Sequence record: PP496436.1
DNA: 64,000 nucleotides
Reading direction: 5' to 3' (one strand)
Positions 58,186 to 64,000 of this stretch are shown in pieces. The stretch's first letter is position 1. The number at the start of each line of letters is the position of its first letter. Position numbers and translations under genes: made by a program. Under the pieces are notes generated by a model. It was not told the DNA's origin. It made no database searches and was given only the letters and a program-made list of their open reading frames with translations.

Positions 58186-59334
58186 TTATCCTTGACGTGA
58201 AGCCCATGCTTCCAGAATCTTTTCCGCTTGCTCCGCTACATCACCTGCAAACTTCGGATTGGGTTTCTGTTGCTTCGAGCTCTTGACAGCCCACTGACCA
58301 ATCTGAATCGTCGGACACGCTGGAACACCGGTCTCTTGGGTGGAGGCCATGAGTTGTGCAAACTCGACTGTCCCATTTACTGCTTTGTTCAAGACGTCAC
58401 GTGCGAAGCTGTTCAGACGCTCCGCTGAAGCAGTGCCGGCCTTGAACGCCATGGTGACGATGAACGACGTAGTGCTCTTGTCCACCGCGATGACAAGCGG
58501 CAGGGTATCCGTGATACTACCCGAGGCGCTGGAAGCCGTAATGCGCTGCACGTCACCGCTGGCCAGACCCTTGAGTGCATCCAGCTCTTTCTTGCCGAGC
58601 GAAGTCATGGCCGCTTTGATCTTGTCAAGGCTGGTGTAGTCTTCGATGCGGAACGTGGACTTGTCTTTCAGCAGGGTGAACTCCTTGCGGAATCCGGTCT
58701 TGGAGCCGATGTAGATGGCGAACGTGTCGTCTTCGTACGAACGGTACACCGCGTAGTTCTTGTCGCCGGGGTCTGCGAAGAAGAACTGGTGAATGACACC
58801 CCGCGCCGAGTCCAGCGTGCCCTTGGCGACTTCCTTGAACTGCAACGTCTTGACCAGTTCGGAGAACGCCTTGCGCAGCTTGCCGTACGTACTGTCTTCA
58901 TCGCCGTACAGAATGAACACGTCTTTGCCGTTGGGGCTGGCCTTCACCTTGTCCAATCCGAGCGATTCGGTGAGCTGATCCACGTATCGTCTGACCACGG
59001 TGCTGCGGCCAGTGTCCGGGTTGAGCTTCTCGAAGTCCTCCGGAACTACCCACTTGGAGAGCTGGCTGGCCGGGATCGGTTTGGTACGGGCGGTGAGGAT
59101 GGCAGCGCGTCCGATGATGCCAGACATATTCATCATGGCGTAGTACATTGCCACGTCATCATCGTCGAACAGCACCTTGATGCTGTCTTTGCCCCGGTAC
59201 TTGGAAAACTCTGTGATCACCACAGTGTAGTAATACGGGTCGCTCTTATCACCGTAGTTGACGATGATGCGGTCATTGATCTTTACGGGTGGGAGAACCG
59301 CAGCCACCACGATTTCTGCATGTACTAGGGGCAT
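58186..59334 (-). CDS. Hypothetical protein with an SH3/Tudor-like domain shared with 40501..41322
   Basis: KINDRIIVNY..DP..FDD..VA..KWV. Confidence 0.75.
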   Translation of the reverse strand: MPLVHAEIVVAAVLPPVKINDRIIVNYGDKSDPYYYTVVITEFSKYRGKDSIKVLFDDDDVAMYYAMMNMSGIIGRAAILTARTKPIPASQLSKWVVPEDFEKLNPDTGRSTVVRRYVDQLTESLGLDKVKASPNGKDVFILYGDEDSTYGKLRKAFSELVKTLQFKEVAKGTLDSARGVIHQFFFADPGDKNYAVYRSYEDDTFAIYIGSKTGFRKEFTLLKDKSTFRIEDYTSLDKIKAAMTSLGKKELDALKGLASGDVQRITASSASGSITDTLPLVIAVDKSTTSFIVTMAFKAGTASAERLNSFARDVLNKAVNGTVEFAQLMASTQETGVPACPTIQIGQWAVKSSKQQKPNPKFAGDVAEQAEKILEAWASRQG

Positions 59335-59372
59335 GATTTATTACCTTGAGTTGCGTGTCCACATGCGTTAAA

Positions 59373-59921
59373 TTAGACAGGCTGGAAAGTGAAGGCCGTG
59401 TGGCGGGTTACTTCAGAGCCACTGGCATTGATGGCGTCATCGATGAATGACAAGACCTCCCAGTCACGGTCTTCCGCGTACCGGGTCAGCGTGATTCGGG
59501 CCAGGTCGGGGAGTGACACCGGTGGACATTCAACCTCACGCAGTGGATCCGTTTGGGACACTGCACCCTGTAGCTCGTCAACCACCATCACGACGCCTGT
59601 GATGTTACCGCTGGCGTGCATGTTCAGCAGGATGTCTACTAAGGTGCCTATGACGCGTGACTGATCATCTCGGTCTGCCATCAAGGCCATTACCACATTG
59701 CCGTGGGTTTCAGGGATCGACAGGTTCCACACGGTGTCCAGCGGGTATGCCGGGGTAGGATCGATCAGCAGGTCAGCGTCCACTCGATCTAGATCGATGC
59801 GAAACTGCGGCATGTTAGGCAGCGCTACCGTGGCCTGCATTTTGTTGGGCGCCTGCAGTGACCAGCTCCACTGCAAGGGCTCGAAATAGGACAACACAAC
59901 CTGTTTGGCTTGTTTAATCAT
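59373..59921 (-). CDS. Hypothetical protein
   Basis: 182 aa with GAGGT SD. Confidence 0.75.
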   Translation of the reverse strand: MIKQAKQVVLSYFEPLQWSWSLQAPNKMQATVALPNMPQFRIDLDRVDADLLIDPTPAYPLDTVWNLSIPETHGNVVMALMADRDDQSRVIGTLVDILLNMHASGNITGVVMVVDELQGAVSQTDPLREVECPPVSLPDLARITLTRYAEDRDWEVLSFIDDAINASGSEVTRHTAFTFQPV

Positions 59922-59943
59922 TGGAATGTCACCTCACACATAC

Positions 59944-59975
59944 AAAAATGGGGGATGAACGTGTCATCCCCCATT
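59944..59975 (-). terminator. Intrinsic terminator
   Basis: AATGGGGGATGA/TCATCCCCCATT stem followed by a T-tract on the minus strand. Confidence 0.85.
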
Positions 59976-59998
59976 GGGTGCTTCGTCTGCGCTACCGA

Positions 59999-60271
59999 TT
60001 AACGGTCGCCCAGTTTGATCTTGACTGGAGCACCAACCTTGCTACGTTTGCGAGTGACGCGCAGGTCACCCTTGGCTTTCCGCGAGCGGCGAACCTTGGC
60101 CCGTTTCAGGATCTCGGACTTGTTTTTGCGGTAGTACTGCTTGCTCGCCAGCTTGCGGGCTGCACGATTCTTGCGAGCTTCCACCAGCGCCTTTTTGCGC
60201 TCAGCGGCAGTACGGGGTTTGGTACGACGGGTCAGGCCATTGCCTTTCAGCTTCAACCGTTTCATAGCCAT
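59999..60271 (-). CDS. Small highly basic Lys/Arg-rich protein
   Basis: GGAG SD; K/R-rich throughout. Confidence 0.75.
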   Translation of the reverse strand: MAMKRLKLKGNGLTRRTKPRTAAERKKALVEARKNRAARKLASKQYYRKNKSEILKRAKVRRSRKAKGDLRVTRKRSKVGAPVKIKLGDR

Positions 60272-60287
60272 GGTGGTATCTCTCCAG

Positions 60288-62267
60288 TCAATTGATTCCG
60301 TACTTTTTGATAAAAGCGGAATAAGGGGTTTTATCGCCTTCGAAGGAATTGACCTTCGAGTTACTTGCCCCGTCTTTATAGATCAGGGTCGTGGTAAGGT
60401 TCGCGCTGAACGGCCCAATGACGCCGCCGTTCTTCACGATGAACTCGTTTACCTTGCTGTCCCTTACACCGGTCAAGTAAAAGCGCTGACCTTTGAACAA
60501 CTGGGACGCCACCCGAACCTTCTTCGGTGGCTTCGGCAACACGTACGTCACCCCAGCCTTGGTATACGCCATGAAGGCCGTCATGAAGGCCGGAAGTGCT
60601 GCAATGAACTGATCCGCGCGCTTAGGTCCGAATCCATCCAGTTCTGCCAGCTTTTCCCGCAATGCCTCACGGGAAGCTTTGGTCCGCTGCAAGCCCGTAG
60701 GATCGCCCAGGCTCAACGCTGCCGGTTTCAGCAGTGTGAGTCCCATCCCGTGGCCGAACGCCCCGCTGGCGACCATTAGGTCGGCTAGGTCAACGTCCAC
60801 CACACAGTCGGCCAGCGCCGCGACGAACTTCTTAGCCGTCGGGGCACCGAACCCAGCTTGCTCGACCAGTTCTTTGGCGAACCGGATCGGGGTTTTGGTC
60901 ACTTTACGAATTAGGCCCTGTACGCCGCCAACGTCCATGTACTCTAGCATAGCGTCAAACGTGGCTTCCTTGAACCCTTCCAGGCCGAGCGTCACGAAGA
61001 AGAACGTCATGGACTTCGTAAGCTGTTGCTCTCCGCTACCAATGGTGCGGATGTTAACCCCGTTCTCATCCCAGTCGTACGACCCCGACTTGGGCAGATC
61101 GGCTTTACGTGCGGGGGTGACAACACCTGTGATGTAGGGAATCACGTCACCAGACCGGACTAGGGTGATGACGGCGCCTTTCCCGATCTTGTTGTCCTTG
61201 ATGAACTTGGCGTTATGCCCTGTGGCCCACGTAACTTTGACACCCGCCAGTCGTACGGGAGTGATCTTGACGCGGGGCTTGAGCGTCCCGTATCTTGATT
61301 CGTTCCACTGGACTTCCTCAACAGTTGCTGTTGCCACCTCGGACATCAGTGCGGACTTGAAGGCGAACTGATAGTCCGGGTTACCTGAACCCGAGGGGAC
61401 ACGACCCACCTTGGTCGTGGACACGATCACGCCGTCCATCTCGTATATCGACTTCTTGCGGCGGTCCAACAAGTAATCGGTCAGCTCATTGACATCCAGT
61501 CGCGGTACCTTCTTGACCGTGGGGATCAGGAAACCCATTGCCTTAAGTTTGGCGAACTGCTTGTCCACGTCCATAGCAGGCTTGACGATCTGATACATGA
61601 CAACTTTGATCTTCTTGCCCTTGAACACCGGCGGAATGATCTTGCTGTTCGCGGCACCGGCCACCAGATTGCGGGGGTTGGCGAAGTCGTCCTTGAACTG
61701 CTCGAAGGTGGCCACCGGCATGATCAGCTCACCACGACCTTGCCAACCGTTGGGGATTGGTGGTAGTTCCAGATACGGTGCCACGTGGCTGATGTCCAAG
61801 CCTTGGTCCCCGTCGCCACGGGTGTACAGCTCCGGCTTCTTGGGATTGGTAGTACCTTTGATACCGATGGAGATCCCGTCCAGTTTGTCCGACAGCACGT
61901 AGGGGCCGGGGTTCGCCCCGGCCCAGCGCATGATGGACTTCTCATCCAGGTACTTATTCATGCTGCCCATGCCGAACGGAAGCGAAGTCTTATTCAGCTC
62001 GTTGGACTTTGAACCCACCTGATACAGTTTCTTGTCCACGGTGAGGATGACGGTCTCATACTTGTCGAACTCCGCATCCGTCACGACAGGCACACCAGCG
62101 TAGTAGGCGTCTTTCAGCAGTAGGTAGGCGTCGGCTAACTGCTTCTTTGGCACTTCTTTAGCCGCTTCCACCTGCATGGCTTTGCTCAAACTGGAGATGA
62201 TACCGAACACGAAGTCTTTCAGTTCTTGGCGACCTTTCTTGGTGCCTATGGTGAACTTGGTCGCCAT
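60288..62267 (-). CDS. ligA: NAD+-dependent DNA ligase
   Basis: Domain Ia (YY..V.DAEFD), KLDG, EMDGVI, FAFK, OB-fold (PVRLAGV.V..ATGHN), RSGDVIP, C-terminal BRCT (F.GQRFYLTG); no zinc finger. Confidence 0.92.
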   Translation of the reverse strand: MATKFTIGTKKGRQELKDFVFGIISSLSKAMQVEAAKEVPKKQLADAYLLLKDAYYAGVPVVTDAEFDKYETVILTVDKKLYQVGSKSNELNKTSLPFGMGSMNKYLDEKSIMRWAGANPGPYVLSDKLDGISIGIKGTTNPKKPELYTRGDGDQGLDISHVAPYLELPPIPNGWQGRGELIMPVATFEQFKDDFANPRNLVAGAANSKIIPPVFKGKKIKVVMYQIVKPAMDVDKQFAKLKAMGFLIPTVKKVPRLDVNELTDYLLDRRKKSIYEMDGVIVSTTKVGRVPSGSGNPDYQFAFKSALMSEVATATVEEVQWNESRYGTLKPRVKITPVRLAGVKVTWATGHNAKFIKDNKIGKGAVITLVRSGDVIPYITGVVTPARKADLPKSGSYDWDENGVNIRTIGSGEQQLTKSMTFFFVTLGLEGFKEATFDAMLEYMDVGGVQGLIRKVTKTPIRFAKELVEQAGFGAPTAKKFVAALADCVVDVDLADLMVASGAFGHGMGLTLLKPAALSLGDPTGLQRTKASREALREKLAELDGFGPKRADQFIAALPAFMTAFMAYTKAGVTYVLPKPPKKVRVASQLFKGQRFYLTGVRDSKVNEFIVKNGGVIGPFSANLTTTLIYKDGASNSKVNSFEGDKTPYSAFIKKYGIN

Positions 62268-62278
62268 CTGGATCGTCC

Positions 62279-62863
62279 TTATATGGGAATGGTGTCTATG
62301 TCAGCGAACCGCTGCATGCACCACTTGACGTAGGGTTTTACCTGCTCTGGCCATCGCTTCGTATACCCACGGGCGTACAACTCTACCATGCCGGGCACAG
62401 CTTCATAGTAGTTGCCGAAGGGATACACATCGAAGTTCTTGAGTTTTAAGCCGAGCAGCTGCATCAGTAATTTACCGTTCTGGATAGTCGTAGCATACGC
62501 CGGATTATCATAGGTAAACCCCTTACGCCACTCGTTGAACTTCGGGTCTTGCGGGTTCTGGCCGAGCAAGGACAGCAGCAGGTCCCCGCTACGCAGTTGT
62601 TGCAGTGTCGTCCCTTCCTTCTCCAGCAGTGCGTGTGTACACTCATGCAGCAAGGTGGCCCACGCTTTCGGCTCGGTGAAGAAGGAGTCCCGGAGTAGGC
62701 AGGTGCCGCCGGTGAATGAAGCAGTAGGCTGGCCGTTGCCCGGAATCAACGTGAAGGTGTGAGTCCGTGCATAACCGTAGACGGGCGCCCGCATGTTCTG
62801 CGGCATCTTGTCGATGATCTTCAGTAACGCCGAATTGTCAACCTCTGTCCCGCTTCGATCCAC
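62279..62863 (-). CDS. HExxH metallopeptidase-like protein
   Basis: TLLHECTHAL with downstream YYEAVP; start uncertain. Confidence 0.6.
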   Translation of the reverse strand: MDRSGTEVDNSALLKIIDKMPQNMRAPVYGYARTHTFTLIPGNGQPTASFTGGTCLLRDSFFTEPKAWATLLHECTHALLEKEGTTLQQLRSGDLLLSLLGQNPQDPKFNEWRKGFTYDNPAYATTIQNGKLLMQLLGLKLKNFDVYPFGNYYEAVPGMVELYARGYTKRWPEQVKPYVKWCMQRFADIDTIPI

Positions 62864-62868
62864 CGTTG

Positions 62869-63435
62869 TTACTTTGGGACCTCGGCAACCTCCATCAGGT
62901 GTGCCACTTCCGCAAAGTTCTCAGCGCTGGACAGGGCCGACATGCGTTCCCGGTACAGCTGAATCTCGATGGGTTCCTCCAGCTCTTTCAGGAACTTTTC
63001 CAGCTTGGTCTTGAACCGCTCAGTATACGGCTTCTGAATGGTGATGTGTGCCTTGTAGTCGGGGAACGTCGGCGCCGCACCGATACCCAGTAGCTGGTTG
63101 TGCAGGTCAGTCAGCTCCTTGCAGTTGACCAGCAGGACCAGAGTGTCATCCTTGGGGCCGAACACGTCAACACCTGTCACCTCCGCGGTGTACTTGTGCG
63201 ACGGGTTGAGAACGCCACGGGCTGCTACGTCGTCGATGGTTGACGAAGAGTACATCACGGTGCAGTGCAGTTCAGACATCGGCATCACGTCTGGCTCACG
63301 GTCGTAGCCGGACTTACTCAGCGTCAGCAACATCTTGGCGAGGGTCAGTTTGGAGTCCGGGTGGATCTTGACATCTACGTAAGAACCTTCCTTGATCAAC
63401 GACCGGGCCGTCTCCATTACCTTAACTGTTTTCAT
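62869..63435 (-). CDS. acb1: 2H phosphoesterase, Acb1 (T4 gp57B)-like anti-CBASS nuclease
   Basis: Two HxT motifs: ELHCTVMYS and PTFPDYKAHITI. Confidence 0.75.
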   Translation of the reverse strand: MKTVKVMETARSLIKEGSYVDVKIHPDSKLTLAKMLLTLSKSGYDREPDVMPMSELHCTVMYSSSTIDDVAARGVLNPSHKYTAEVTGVDVFGPKDDTLVLLVNCKELTDLHNQLLGIGAAPTFPDYKAHITIQKPYTERFKTKLEKFLKELEEPIEIQLYRERMSALSSAENFAEVAHLMEVAEVPK

Positions 63436-63928
63436 TGGTGAACCCCTCGAGTGGGAATAGCGTAGCCGTGGACTTGTCCGGGTTGATCTGAATACTCGCC
63501 GGGTTGACTTTCAGGTACTGCTTCAAGATCTTTTCGATCCGCAGCAAGTCAACGTTCTCTCCTTCCTTTTTCTCTACCCACGGCAGCATCACGTAGGAGT
63601 ACAGAGCGGGATTGATCAGGACTACGTTGAAGAATGCAGTGATGGCGTGGATCAAGGTGTTGCCATCGTGTTTGGTACTGGTCGGGTCTCCTTCCTTACT
63701 CCGGAGGATCACCCGAGGTTGGATAGTGTCGTAGGTGATAATCACCCCGAAACTGTCCGCAAGATTCGCTGGCACATTAACGCCTGCCGGGGCGCCGCGT
63801 GTCCAGAACGTAACGCGTGACTTGGTTCCGTCTGGGCGGTGGATTGTTGCCTTGGTGCAGTATTCCGAGGAAGTCCATAAGACCGGATAGGTCGGGAGGA
63901 TATCCACCTGGGGGATAGACTTTATCAT
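63422..63928 (-). CDS. Hypothetical protein
   Basis: GAGG SD before ATG 63928. Confidence 0.7.
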   Translation of the reverse strand: MIKSIPQVDILPTYPVLWTSSEYCTKATIHRPDGTKSRVTFWTRGAPAGVNVPANLADSFGVIITYDTIQPRVILRSKEGDPTSTKHDGNTLIHAITAFFNVVLINPALYSYVMLPWVEKKEGENVDLLRIEKILKQYLKVNPASIQINPDKSTATLFPLEGFTNENS

Positions 63929-64000
63929 GGTTGCCTCTAAGCCAACGGGGCCTTTCGACCCCGTGCCATTGTTCACTGGGGAACCAGAGGACTCAGTTTG

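Noticed and set aside
1-64000. Genome-wide stop-codon reassignment (TGA recoded)
   Set aside because: Many genes end cleanly at TGA with ATGA coupling to the next gene (e.g. 1344, 1892, 26472), and long genes are uninterrupted under code 11.

Overview
A 64-kb segment of a large contractile-tailed (jumbo-type) dsDNA phage genome in the standard genetic code, with no tRNA, rRNA or CRISPR array seen. Several features point to a Pseudomonas-like host and recall Lu11/PaBG/phiRSL1-type phages: a PL7 alginate lyase, NAD+-dependent ligase, TGT-fold protein, phage sigma factor and RecA-like protein. That taxonomic placement is inference, not a search result. Layout: small plus-strand genes ending in an alginate lyase (1-3.7 kb); two convergent fibre-like proteins, one carrying an SGNH esterase (3.9-9.2 kb); a replication/recombination/transcription block with RecA/UvsX, a highly acidic repeat protein, SSB-like protein, truncated sigma, SWIM, TGT/DpdA-like enzyme, zincin, acyl carrier protein, SLOG, Cas4-like nuclease and primase (9.4-27.6 kb); a lysis cassette (27.6-29.7 kb); long tail fibre, baseplate, PAAR-peptidase, tape measure and tail chaperones (29.7-49.7 kb); and a 1917-aa SNF2-like protein, HNH, NUDIX, DNA ligase and Acb1-like 2H phosphoesterase (49.8-64 kb). 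Best leads: (1) candidate UGA read-through adding a 58-aa basic tail to the acidic protein; (2) an alginate lyase plus SGNH-fibre module sharing a 13-nt upstream motif; (3) a TGT-fold base-exchange enzyme; (4) an endolysin-position amidase whose T7-lysozyme catalytic residues are substituted; (5) a zincin-ACP-SLOG trio; (6) a recurring -10-only promoter motif matching a sigma factor that lacks region 4.
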